A stretch of DNA of 63,869 nt, filler included, from Eremomyces bilateralis CBS 781.70 (lineage: Eukaryota): assembly GCA_010015585.1 (NCBI GenBank). It is 5 parts of 4 records of this genome, joined end to end, with 100 filler letters (N's around TTAATTAATTAA, not from the genome) between each part and the next. Parts side by side here need not be neighbours in the genome. Positions count along the whole stretch, not along the records: positions 26,515 to 40,202 come from ML975199.1; positions 40,303 to 56,536 come from ML975199.1; 3 more parts are not named here. One strand, given 5' to 3'. Below are positions 39,855 through 51,591 of this stretch, one piece after another (positions within the stretch are counted from its first letter, which is position 1; each line of letters starts with the position of its first letter). A model generated the notes under the pieces. The model was not told the DNA's origin. It saw only the letters and a program-made list of their open reading frames with translations, and ran no database searches. A program made the translations under genes and the position numbers.

Positions 39855-40978
39855 GGCTGGTGATATTTTCCCACCAGGTTTTGTTATTTTCCCACCAAAT
39901 GCTATTTTCCCACCACGCTAGCAATGGTGGAAATTAAATTCTTAATTAGGACTAGCTCCTCCTAATCCTACCAGCGCTGGTATACTCCACATGTCACTAT
40001 TGTCACCTCTTTTCTACTGAGGAAGTTTGAAGCGCATCTCAAAAGCCTCGTCCTATTGATGTATCAAAGCTACTAACGTCGCTGTCTCTTGCGCGGGCTA
40101 AGCCCTTTCCAAGCATTTGAAGCCATCTCTGCTGCAGCACGTCTAGGACGCTCTCTCCCCATATCCGGAGAGCTGAAAAGCTGATTTCGAGCATCAACTT
40201 GTNNNNNNNNNNNNNNNNNNNNNNNNNNNNNNNNNNNNNNNNNNNNTTAATTAATTAANNNNNNNNNNNNNNNNNNNNNNNNNNNNNNNNNNNNNNNNNN
40301 NNGCAGAGACGAGTGTTTCCGGATCCTCCTTTTGAATAGCAGCCATTATCTGCATCGGACGTACCCCAGCATGTGTCATCGATTCGACTATATCTTTTTA
40401 TGCTGACGTACGTCTGCGATAGACATTATGCGTACTAGGGTTGAGTGATCGGGGGTGGTTATGATGGCTATGTTGAACCTCTAACTTCCACTGGTCGTTG
40501 TCGTCTAATACCTTTATCTTAAAGATAACAAGCTTAAAAGGACATCCTATTGCGCGCGTGCTTGTGCTTCGAACCCTTGCTCTTGACTAATAGTTTCCGG
40601 ATCGATCGCAGGAGTAGTAGTATCGTGTCTTTACATCAGAGTAGTGAGGTCTACTCCGGTTGAGCAGGAAGCCATAGCCATGCTGCATTCCATGGTTCCG
40701 AAGAGAATCGTAGGCTTCTTCGTAGGACGCGTAAAGGCAATCTAGAGGAGGGGCAATATCCTCTATACTGGGATATCTAAGGAGAGTATCATCTCCGGTA
40801 TATAGAGATCTTTGAAGAAGGAAAAGAGTGAAGGATTCGAAGTTTTGACATTCTCAGGGGAAGACCAAAAAATTTAGCTAGTCCTAATTAAGAATTTAAT
40901 TTCTACCATTGCTAGCGTGGTGGGAAAATAGCATTTGGTGGGAAAATAACAAAACCTGGTGGGAAAATATCACCAGCC
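39855..40978 (-). mobile_element. Mutator (MULE) element spanning an assembly gap
   Basis: ~100-bp TIRs starting GGCTGGTGATATTTTCCCACCA with a 9-bp TSD ATTTATGTC on both sides. The minus strand of 40303-40790 encodes a FAR1/WRKY-like domain (HGYGF, YSCDRSG, GCPFKL, HNHP). Confidence 0.93.
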
Positions 40979-41636
40979 ATTTATGTCACAGAATATCTGT
41001 GTTTTATTGACGTATCATTGGCGTATCGTTGGCGTATCACCACTGTCTCATCTCATATTCGATTCTATGCCTTCTGTTTCCTTTATCGGGGAAAGGATCA
41101 TCATAAAAAACCACATAAATAGCTGCAGGAACAGCCTGTTTTCGTAGGATTGAGGCGAAGAGAGGATCAAGTTAAATCTATCTATTGCTCTTTTGGAATC
41201 TAACGGGGTTTTCCATCGTGTCGCTGCATTAATCACCGGATTGAGCGAAACCGCTATTTATCTCACAATTTACAGCTCAGCTCCGACAAGCGACCCAATG
41301 ACATTCAAATACTAACTTAGGTATAGACCTGAGAAGTGATGATATGGCAAAATATAACCCCAACAAGTTGGTCACAAAATAGCTGCTGAAATGCGTTTAC
41401 TCACTTGGAAGTAGGCTGATAAGTGCGTGGCTACGGCCCAGAGACAGTACGGCACATCATGCTTGGATAGAAGAACAACGCCGAATGTGGGCAGGCAAAC
41501 ATCCATGCGTTGACATCAAGTGCATTCTCTGTAGCTCATCAATGGCAGTACAAGCAGCAAAGAGTTGAAGCTTTGAAGACAGCTTGGATTCTGAAAGCAA
41601 AGGGCGGGAACACCTGTATTTATAGTTGTACGCTGC

Positions 41637-41930
41637 ATAGGTAGTACGTGGGAGAGACTGTGCACGTGAGTAGGGTACGTGAGGGAAAGTCTGCACGAGA
41701 GTAGGGTGCGTGAGGGAAAGTCTGCACGAGAGGTAGGTGCGTAAGAGAAGGTATACACGGGAATGTGCCTGAGAGAAAGTATTCACGAGGGTATACGCAA
41801 GAGAAGGTATACACGAGAGTAGGGTACGTGAGGGTTAGTTAGCACGAGAGGTAGGTGCGTAAGAGAGAGTCTGCACGGGAGTTGGCGACGTGAGAGAAAG
41901 TTTGTACGGACTTTCTCGTGAAAGAAAGGT
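41637..41930. repeat. ~31-bp degenerate minisatellite, about 9 units
   Basis: GCACGAGAGTAGGGTGCGTGAGGGAAAGTCT-like units at 41662, 41693, 41724 and onward. Confidence 0.88.
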
Positions 41931-41947
41931 GTCGCTTTCTGGACTTT

Positions 41948-41994
41948 CAAGTAGGTCGCAAATCAACCGCCATCCATTAATTTGCTCTCCATGT
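41948..41994 (+). repeat. 47-bp direct repeat, copy 1
   Basis: CAAGTAGGTCGCAAATCAACCGCCATCCATTAATTTGCTCTCCATGT, 44/47 identical to 51545-51591. Confidence 0.9.
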
Positions 41995-41998
41995 CTTG

Positions 41999-42170
41999 TG
42001 TGATGGATCAGAGGTCCGCAGACCTGGATGCCTTGTGGCCTTGTGGCCCGTTTGCTCTGTAAACACCAGAACAGATAAACGCCTCGCACACCTTAGATAG
42101 ATTCCTCCTTCATAGCAACAATTCAATGTTTGCCTCACGATTGGAGATTCCCGACAGTGAGACTCTTACA
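41999..42170 (+). mobile_element. Solo LTR (172 bp)
   Basis: TGTGA...TTACA with a TCTTG TSD. Confidence 0.93.
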
Positions 42171-42477
42171 TCTTGGCTTGAGCTGTTCACGCCAAGATAT
42201 GGAGACGAGGGTTGGCTCATTAACCTTGCAAACGAATATTCTCGCTGGTAGCAAAATATGACGTCAGGTACTGCTTCGCGGTCAGAATGTTGACCCACTG
42301 GATGACATTATACCTTCTGACTGTCCACCCATTCTCTATCTCAAGGACAACCATATCCGCGCCCCTGGTTCGTCAGCTGAAGCTTACCTCATCCACGATT
42401 GTGGACGCTAGATCCTTAATCTAGCGCCAACCTTCTAAACGATAATGCGGTCCAAACGATAACTTAATATAGCTTCC

Positions 42478-42662
42478 TGTCGGAACTCCGCGGCTATTAC
42501 TTAGTCACCGCACCTTGTAGATTACATAAGATTACATAAGCCCTGGGTATATATACCCGTCAAGGTAAACTATGTACTTCTGATGGAATACAAGCATCTC
42601 ACTGCCTCTGAACAGGTATCCTATTGTTTCCGTGATTGATTGACACGCCAAAACGATCAACA
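42478..42662 (+). mobile_element. Solo LTR just inside the left TIR of the pogo element
   Basis: TGTC...CAACA with a CTTCC TSD. Shares CGGCTATTACTTAGTCA and the 3' part with the LTR at 29022. Confidence 0.87.
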
Positions 42663-44485
42663 CTTCCAGTCTCCTTAAGCGGAGTTAAGCCCGTTTATCC
42701 TCCGCCATTATGCCGAAAGATAATACAGCTATTGAATCTAGAATCCAGAGAGCCCTCCAATCAATCCCCCATGGCCAAATTCCCAATTTCAAGGAGTTGG
42801 AGCGTGAATTCGACGTGCCCTACTAACAACTACTCGCTCGCTCAAAGGGCCGCAAGAGTCTATTCGAGCGGCCTAGTTGCACCCGGAAGCTCTCTACCAC
42901 CCAAAATACCGCTCTAAAGACTATCTCCGACGCCTCGATGACCTTGGAATTGCACCACGGATTACACAAGTAGTTTCGTGCACAAATACCATCCTAAAGA
43001 TCGACCACACGGCCAGCGGGCGGCTTGGCCCCCCACCAACGGTGGACACTCGCTGGGCATATGCGTGGTTCAAACGGGAGCCAGAGGTCTACGCACGGAA
43101 AGCAAGTGTGCTTGATCTTAATCGTAAAGCTGCTCATGATATCCAGGCTCTCGAGAGATGGTTTGAGCAGCTATACCATATCAAGATCCGATATGGAATC
43201 GCGACCGAGGACATGTGGAATTTCGACGAGACTGGCTTCCGCGTCGGTATAGGCAAAGACCAATGGATTATTACGTTCTACCCGAGCAAGAAGCAGTATA
43301 TTCCGTCTCCAGAATGTCGAGATTCGCTTACCGCTGTTGAAGCCGTAAGTGGTGACGGTAAAGTTATACCGCCGCTCATGATTCTACCCGGATCTGCGTT
43401 TCTCGAGAAATACTTCCAAAACTTACCCGATGACTACGCGGTATGCCTTTCTGAAACAGGCTTTAATAACGACGAAATTAGCCTAATCTTCGCAAGGCAT
43501 TTTATTAAGCATTCGTCTAAGCATCAACGCGGTAAATACCGACTCTTATTCTTCGATGGTTTCGATAGCCACTGCACGAAGGAGTTCCTCGAGATACTCG
43601 AAGCCCACCACGTTATACCGTTTCGTCTTCCTCCTCATACAAGCCACATCCTCCAGCCGCTTGACGTCGGCCCATTTCAGCCTTACAAACACTGACATGC
43701 AGAGGCCGTCGACGCAGCCACTCGTACTGGCTGCGCGCAATTTAATCGTGTGGAATTTCTGGCCGCACTCAAATCGATCCGCGCGAACACTTTCAAGACG
43801 CGAACAGTGATCAAGGGATGGAAAGAAACGGGCCTTATTCCCCACAATCCTGAGCGGATTTTACGCCAACTCCGTGAGGATAAGATGGCAATCGATGCCG
43901 CGTTTACAGCATACGATCATAGTGCTAGAATTCGAGATCAAACGCCACCTCCAGACACCGACATTCAGCGGCTTCTTTCCCCAACGAAAGACTATGCCAC
44001 GCTACGCAACCATGTACAATGGTGCTTGGCCAACATTGGGAAACTAAATCTACCATCGCTTATTGTACAAAACTTCGACAACAGCCTCAACGGTGGCCTC
44101 CAATTCGCCCTCCAAGCCGAGCAATTGTCACACACGATACAGGCCAACATGGCGGAATCCCAAGCACGTGCGGCACGCCAGCGAGGCAACAAACGTGTCC
44201 TCCGGTCCGAAATGGGATACATTACATCACAGCAAGCCAGATCTATGATCAAGGTGCGTACGGAGCGCGAGAAACAGGCCGAATTGGACAAATGGTTTAG
44301 GGGCTGGAAGACACGCCAAATCAACCACCGGAAGGCGTTCAAGGACATACATGTAGAATTTTGGCGCTTAATCGGGGGCATGAGGCATGATCCTACGTGG
44401 CGATGTCGATTTGGAGATGAATAGTAGTGCTGGTGGTGGAAATTTGGTATCTACAAACTTCATATCGCGGAGTATGTATTAAGTT

Positions 44486-47400
44486 TGTAGAAGTATTGAT
44501 ACGTGATTGATTGATCTATCTAGGAGTATGGGAGGCCTCGGAGGAATAGGAGGTAACCACACATGATACTAGCCGTATTGGGATGTCACCTGACTCCCAA
44601 CCTCTAGAGGATGGTTGATATCCAACACTCCCCCTCAAACGTCATCTATAGAACACAAGATCATTCTAGAGTTTCCATCATCCCAATCATTTCCATAAGT
44701 CTTTGGAGGGTAGTCCTTGGGAGAGCCTTGGTACATAGGTCAGCAATGTTAGTTGCGGAGCTCGTATGCTCGATGCTGAATTCTCCTTCTAGATATCGTT
44801 CGCGAACGAAATGGTAATGGATTGCGATGTGCTTTGAGCGATTGTTTATTCGGTGGTCTTGTACGAGGGATATTGCTGGCTTATTGTCGGTGATCAGCAT
44901 CCAGGACATTGAAGACTTATACTCGAACGGTGAGGGGACTTCGGTAAGGGAAATCCATGCTTGTTTCGCCCATATCAGGTGGGCGGAGGCGTGCGAGCAG
45001 GCCATGTATTCCGCCTCACACGTGGATTTAGCAACGCAAGACTGGCGCTTAGAGGACCATGAGACGACTGAACCGTAGGCTTGGAGGATGTAGCCGCTGA
45101 TGGACTTGAAGTTATCAGGGTCTGATCCCCACGAGGCGTCGGCATACATCTGGATCTGATGCTTGGTGGATGCGGACATCGTGATGCGGTAGCTAGCGGT
45201 GTGTTTGATGTACCGGAGCACTTGGTAGGCGAGTTTGAGGTGGAGTTCCGACGGGTTCGAGTTGAACGTCGCGAGCATGCTGATTGGGAAAGCGAGGTCC
45301 GGTCGCGTGCCTGTGACGAGATAGTTCAGGGCCCCGATAAGCTGCTGGTATTCTAGGCGCCGAGGTTCGTCAACTGTTTCCTCGGACCGACTAGGGAAGC
45401 AGTTTGGGTCTAGTGGGGTCTTGCGGCCGTTGCAGGATTCCATTCCGAAACGTTGGAGGATGCGGTGCGCATATCCTTCCTGGCTAAGTGTAATGCCTGT
45501 GCCTTTGGGGCAGACATCGATCTGGAGGCCCAGGAGGTATTTAACAGGACCAATGTCCTTGGTGCGGAAGCGTTCGGCCACGGTGGATTTGAAGGATTGG
45601 ATAGCGTCGATTATGCCAATCAGGAGAAGGTCGTCAACGTAGACTGCGATAATAAGGCTGGCGCTGATGAATACGCACGGGTCGGAGGGCAATTGGTTAA
45701 ACCCCAGGTCCATGAGGTAGGTACGGAGGGTGTCGAACCATTCGCGTCCTGCCTGCTTGAGCCCGTAGATTGCACGAAGGACCTTGAGGATTTTCCCAGA
45801 GGTACCGAATCCCGGGGGGCATCTCATAAAGATGACCTCAGCGAGGGCGCTATTAAGGTAGGCTGTGTCGAAGTCTAGTTGGTGGACAGCAATGCCAAGG
45901 TGGAGGTTGAGCGCTGCGAGGAGGAGGAGGATCCGTAATGAGTCATATCGAACGACAGGTGCGAAGGTGTCGAAGAAGTCTATACCATAGACTTGGGAGA
46001 AGCCCTGGGCTACAAGGCGTGCTTTATATCTAACGATACGTCCCTGGGCATCGCGTTTGAGGTCGAAGACCCACCGTGAGCCGACGATATTTCCGGTGGC
46101 TTCGGATATATCTACGACTTCCCACGATTCGTTGTCAGCATGGGACTTGAGTTCGCGCATAATAGCGGCTTCCCATTTAGGCTAATTTGGTAGCTGTCGG
46201 GCCTCCTGGATGGTCTTCGGGATCATGTCATCGGGGTGACGCGCGGTAAGTGCGGATGGTTCACTCAAGGAGGCTTCGTACGCATATGCTTCGATAGGGT
46301 CATCGGGTATAGTCACCGCGAGTCCTAGGGCACGTTTTGAGGGTTTGACCGTGCGGCCGAAGCGGGTAATGATGGGTCGTTCCGAGGAGTCCTCCGGGCG
46401 TGGTTGTGGAGGAGTGTTCGGCGGTGATATCCTGAAGTTTCCCGGTGTAGGTAGTCGTCCCGAGGGTGGTTCTTCAGGGTAAGGCTGTCGTGAAGGTGGC
46501 TCACGCGGTGCCTCAGGGTAAAGCTGTCGTGAAGGTGTGTTCTCACGCGGTGCTTCAGGGGTAGTTTGCCATTCCGGGATGTCCGTGTGTGGTGTTTTCT
46601 TCCTTAGAGACGGAATTAGTGGCTCCCCTTCAACCGTAGCATCCTGGTGCTCGTGGTTGGTGTCAATTTCGAAGTAGGAAGGTGGGGTGTGTTCCTGAAA
46701 GGGGGCGAACTTAACATCCTTCGACTCGACGATCTTGTTACGGTCGGGGATGTAAAGACGGTAGATCTTTGTGGAATGTCCATATCCAACTAGTATGCCT
46801 TGTTCAGCACGGTGGTTGAGTTTTGTTCCTGGTTTTCGGGCCTCGACAGGTATATGAACGTAGGCGCCGATCCCAAAGGGCTTGAGGTGTTTCACAGAGG
46901 GCTTGCTTTTAAAGAGGGCTTCGAAGGGGGTTATGATGGTCGAGCCGTATGGGGCGATGTTCTTGAGGAAGACTGCGGTATGGATCGCTTCGGCCCAGAG
47001 CTTGAGGTTCGCATCTGTGGTGATCATTGTACGTGCCGCAGTAACGACGGTGCGGTTGAAGCGTTCAGGTTTGCCGTTTGCTTCGTGTGCGTACGGGGGT
47101 AAGAGGTCGTGGACGATGCCCTCGCCTTGGAACCAGGTCTTGACCCTAGAGTCGATGTATTCGCCACCGTTGTCAGAACTGAACCGTTGGATGCGGGTAC
47201 CGAATTGTCTGGCCACGTAGGCCGCGAAGTTCTTGATTTCGTGGAAGGCATCGGCCTTTCGCTTAATAAACCGTACCCATGAGAAGCCGGTGAAGTCATC
47301 GATGAAGGAGATGAAGTATTGCGCACCACCGAGGGATGGCTGCGACCACTTACCTGAAAGGTCTGAGTGGATGAGCTCGAATGCCTTCGTCGAGCGTGGT

Positions 47401-49184
47401 CCCGTGGCCTTTGGTTTGGTGTGGGTAGATTTGGACATCATGCATTGAGGGCAGTGGAAAGAGGAGTCCTTTGGAGGGATTAGGTCTGCATCCTTGTATA
47501 ACCGCGAGGGTTCACCGACGTGGTAGTGTCCAATGGCGTGGTGGAATTCCGTAAAGGAGCTAAAGTTCGCTGATGCATGGTTCGCGATGTCTAGTTGAAT
47601 CTCCATCAGGCCATTCGTATACCTCGACCATAGCACGGTCTGTTCAGAGGCATTCCTAAGGTAGAGGTCGTCGTTCTTCGCGTAGATGGTGCATCCTTTA
47701 TGTCTTACGGAAGGCCAGCTGAAGAGTCTGGTAGACTTAAGCTCACTGGAGTAGAGGACGTTGGTCAGTTGACTGATCCTGGTTGACCCGTTAGGGAGGA
47801 GGCATCGGATCCGGATAATTCCCTGGCCTTGGACCGGGAGCTTAATACCACCAGCGATCGTGATAGTCCCCTTGCATGGGTGTAGTTCGGAGAAATCATC
47901 TCTGATTCCGGACATGTGGCGTGAGGCCCCAGAGTCGAATATCCATGGTACGAGAGACAAGGACTTCGGGGAAGACGGGTACATAGGAGGGGAAATAGCA
48001 GCGTGGGCATTAACGGTAGCATAGAAGGCATTAACCTCGGTTCCTGAGCCATCGTCACCATTATCTCTTGATGCGTTAGCTCGTGAGGCATTTCGCCTAT
48101 ATCCTGAGGAGGAATAGTCGTTCCTCTGGCGGTTGTTGGCAGACTGCCCGGCCTGGTAGGCCTTAAGCTTCTCGCAGCTGGTATAGAGGTGGCCGACGAA
48201 GGTATAACCATATTTCCGGCACCATGTGCATTCTGCGCCGTTGGGGAGGTTCGTGCGTGGTACCTGAGGCTTGTTGTACGCATCCCTTCCCGCGGTGTAG
48301 GCGTTCGAATCTGTCGTATCGATGGAGTGCTTTTCAGAGATATCTAGCATCTTTGGTTCGATGGTTGTAAAGGAGGTAATCCCCTGGGCACTAAGAATGT
48401 CGATAAGGCTATCTATTGTATCTAGTAAGGTGGTTAGGAAGAAGGATCCTTTTACCTCATCGGAGTCGAAGATAGGTTTCATTGATTTCGCAACTACGTG
48501 AGTCGATGTAGCACAACGTTTAGCCATGCGGACCCATAGGTGGTAGAAATTATCTAGATGGGCCCGGAGGTCGTCACCGTCTTGGTATCGGAGGGTAGTT
48601 AGGGCACGGAATAGGTGGATCGACGTATTGCCTGTGTCTCGGTCGAAGCGGCCAGCGAGGTACTTCCAGGCCTGTGGAGACGTATCGCAATTTGTGACAG
48701 ACATCATAAGGTCCTGGTGAACGGCACTTAGGAGTATGACCATGGCTTTATTATCCTGAGTATCCCATCCCGCTGATTCAGGGGTAGGGGATGATGGCTT
48801 GGCAGTCTCTCCGGAGACCACTGACCAGAGCTCTGCGTAGCGGAAGGCGATTTTCCATGCAGACTTCCATTCTGGATAGTTATCCCCTCGAGGGGTAAGC
48901 TTTGGTAGTGACGAGGGATCCAGTTTGAATAAGAAGGGTGAAGACATCGTCTCTGAGGTTCAGGGGTCGTTGTGGTAGTAATCAAGATAGGTTGGTATCT
49001 TGATGAATCAGTACGCGGTAGGCTAAGATTGGGCTCATAACCTGTAGAAGTATTGATACGTGATTGATTGATCTATCTAGGAGTATGGGAGGCCTCGGAG
49101 GAATAGGAGGTAACCACACATGATACTAGCCGTATTGGGATGTCACCTGACTCCCAACCTCTAGAGGATGGTTGATATCCAACA
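44486..49184 (-). mobile_element. Full-length Ty1/Copia retrotransposon
   Basis: Identical 142-bp LTRs (44486-44627, 49043-49184), AAGTT TSD, PBS GGTTATGAGCCC and PPT GAGGGGGAG. gag-PR(DSGAS)-IN(SDNGGEY)-RT(YVDD)-RH(ADLCTKAL) runs 48947-44661 with one in-frame TAG at 46184-46182. Confidence 0.97.
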
Positions 49185-49816
49185 AAGTTATCGTTTAGAC
49201 CGCATTATCGTTTAGAAGGTTGGCGCTAGATTAAGGATCTAGCGTCCACAATCGTGGATGAGGTAAGCTTCAGCTGACGAACCAGGGGCGCGGATATATA
49301 ACTGTACTTGGCAAGCTCTGGAGTCAGAACCGGCGACTTAGCAGGACGTGATTACTACCTCAAACCTTGAATACATTTCTCACACGACAGGAGCGACCCG
49401 AAGCCGATCCATTTTCGCGAAGCTATTTCTACCAGTAATTACAAATCTTTCATCGCCATGTCGATTTGTGCAGTGAGGGACCGAGCACCGGAGGGGAATC
49501 CTTTACTGTTACAATGGCTGACACATGCTGCTACAATGGCTGACATATGCTGACAGCGCTTTAATTCCTCACCCAGCCAATCTGTATCCAATAGTCTTGG
49601 TTGCGGCGTAAGAAAAATTGACGTTAGCCCTCGTCATCATAAATTAATCTCAAATAATGTCAGAGTATCACGTCTGCTCTTCTGCCCGATATCTCGTATA
49701 AAAAGGTGTATATATATTCGAGCCAGCAATAAATTGCCGATCTGTTTTCATAACGTCCTACTCCATTACAGTTTGCTCTTATCCAGCAATTACATACGCG
49801 TTTTATTCTCTCAAAT

Positions 49817-51337
49817 ATGGCTACCAGAGGTATCAACGTGCACCCCGAGGGGTACCATCCTACCTCGCTCGCCGAAACAACCTTTGACATCATCATTATT
49901 GGGGGCGGACCTGTCGCAAACTTTGCTGAAGGTCGTCTTGCTCAGGCCGGTCTAAGTGTTGCTGTTGTTCAGCACGAACTCTACGGCGGTGAGTGTCATT
50001 TCTTTGGATGTGTTCCATCTAAAGCGCTTCTCCGACCCGTGGAAGCCTTTGAAGCCGCGAAAGCGATCGACGGGGCTCGAGAAGCGATTGGCAATAGCAA
50101 TATTAATGTCGATGCTGTATTCAAGCGACGAGACAAGATTGTTGACTCGTGGGATGATCGCAACTGGATCTCTATTTCGAACGGCACTAGTGGAGCAACA
50201 CTTGTACGGGGCTTTGCACGGATTGCCGGTATCAAGAAGGTTAGCGTTCAACCACATGGCGAGACGCAGCGATATCTTCTTGATGCAAGATTCGCAGTGA
50301 TCGTTGCAACAGGGTCTACACACGTTGTGCCTTCAGTCCCAGGCATTGAGACACTAGAAGAAGGAAAGGAACTGTGGATCAATCGCGATGCCGTCGCTGC
50401 AAATCACGTCCCCGAGCGTCTTATAATTCTCGGTGCTGGACCCGTGGGGTCCGAAATGGCTACCTTCTACTCAGCGGTCGGCTCCAAAGTCACTCTCGTT
50501 TCGCCGACTGCTGAAATTCTTCCCAAGGTTGAGCAAGAGGCGGCAAAGATTGTGCGTAAAAGCCTAGAGTCGCACGGCGTCCAAGTGAAGCTCTCCACTC
50601 GCGTCTCCAAGATTGAGAAGCAGAGGACAAATTCGTTCAAGGTTACTCTCTCAGATGGGAACTCGATTCCAGGGTCCGTCCTTTTGAATGCAACAGGACG
50701 AAAACCACGGACCTATGACTTCGGACTCGATACCATCGGGTTGACTGGAGAAGGGGAGCCGCTGCAGACGAATAAATCTCTGGCTGTTCCTATGCCTGGC
50801 GAAACTGAGCCCTGGCTCTATGCCGTCGGGGATGTCAACGGTCTTAGTCCAACGACTCATATGGGCGTCTATCAGGCCCGTATTGCCAGCAACGCTATTC
50901 TGTCCTCTCTGCGTGATAGGAATCTATCTGTCGAGATCAAGACTCCTATTGGAGTAACAGTTACAGAAGCAGTACGCCCTGGGAATACATTTCCACAAGT
51001 TATATTCACGGAGCCAAATATAGGCACTGTTGGTCACACCCTTGCTTCGGCTACAACTGCTGGCCTAAAGGTGAGAGTCGCAGACAGCGACTTCTCTATC
51101 CCTGGGGCATGGCTATATGGTGATAATCAGCCTGGTTGGGCTCGATGGGTCATTGAAGAGACGAGTAATAGGTTAGTCGGTGCGACATTCTGTTGCATTG
51201 AAGGGTCTGAGTTTATCAATGCGAGTCAGGTTGCTGTTGCCCAAGGCTTATCTTTGGCTGACATGGTTCATGTCGTTCCTCCGTTCCCTACACGGGGTGA
51301 GATCTGGTCGTACTTGCTGAATGCGGCTGGATTCTAG
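49817..51337 (+). CDS. Class I pyridine nucleotide-disulfide oxidoreductase (dihydrolipoamide dehydrogenase/mercuric reductase-like)
   Basis: IIGGGP, GGECHFFGCVPSK redox disulfide, ATGS, GAGPVGSEMA, ATGRKP, YAVGDV and PQVIFTEP. Intronless and intact, 506 aa. Confidence 0.92.
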   Translation: MATRGINVHPEGYHPTSLAETTFDIIIIGGGPVANFAEGRLAQAGLSVAVVQHELYGGECHFFGCVPSKALLRPVEAFEAAKAIDGAREAIGNSNINVDAVFKRRDKIVDSWDDRNWISISNGTSGATLVRGFARIAGIKKVSVQPHGETQRYLLDARFAVIVATGSTHVVPSVPGIETLEEGKELWINRDAVAANHVPERLIILGAGPVGSEMATFYSAVGSKVTLVSPTAEILPKVEQEAAKIVRKSLESHGVQVKLSTRVSKIEKQRTNSFKVTLSDGNSIPGSVLLNATGRKPRTYDFGLDTIGLTGEGEPLQTNKSLAVPMPGETEPWLYAVGDVNGLSPTTHMGVYQARIASNAILSSLRDRNLSVEIKTPIGVTVTEAVRPGNTFPQVIFTEPNIGTVGHTLASATTAGLKVRVADSDFSIPGAWLYGDNQPGWARWVIEETSNRLVGATFCCIEGSEFINASQVAVAQGLSLADMVHVVPPFPTRGEIWSYLLNAAGF

Positions 51338-51544
51338 AATGAACATAGGATAATTTATAGCTCAATCATGAACCCTTTTCATAAGCATTGGCTCTCTGTG
51401 GGTTTAGGGTGCGATGTCCTCGTCCCTCAGACATTTTCCCGCCGGTTACCCAGTTTAAATATCTCCAACTAATCATGTTCGCTGGATAGGTGACATAAGA
51501 TCCACTCGGTGGCTCTACTAGGCGTATATAATCATACGGCCTTG

Positions 51545-51591
51545 CAAGTAGGTCACAAATCAACTGCCATCCATTAATTTGCCCTCCATGT
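51545..51591 (+). repeat. 47-bp direct repeat, copy 2
   Basis: CAAGTAGGTCACAAATCAACTGCCATCCATTAATTTGCCCTCCATGT, located at the point where the nuclease-like gene loses recognizable sequence. Confidence 0.9.

Larger units (their letters stand above)
42356..49294 (+). mobile_element. pogo/Fot1 DDE transposon with nested solo LTR and Copia; transposase pseudogene 42710-44424
   Basis: TA TSD and ~110-bp TIRs (TCCGCGCCCCTGGTTCGTCAGC...). Motifs WNFDETGF, LLFFDGFDSH and PPHTSHILQPLDVG. Disabled by TAA near 42824, a frameshift near 42917 and TGA at 43693. Confidence 0.95.

Noticed and set aside
49817..51337. Naming the gene merA or LPD1
   Set aside because: It lacks the MerA C-terminal Cys-Cys pair and the LPD HPTxxE dyad and presequence.
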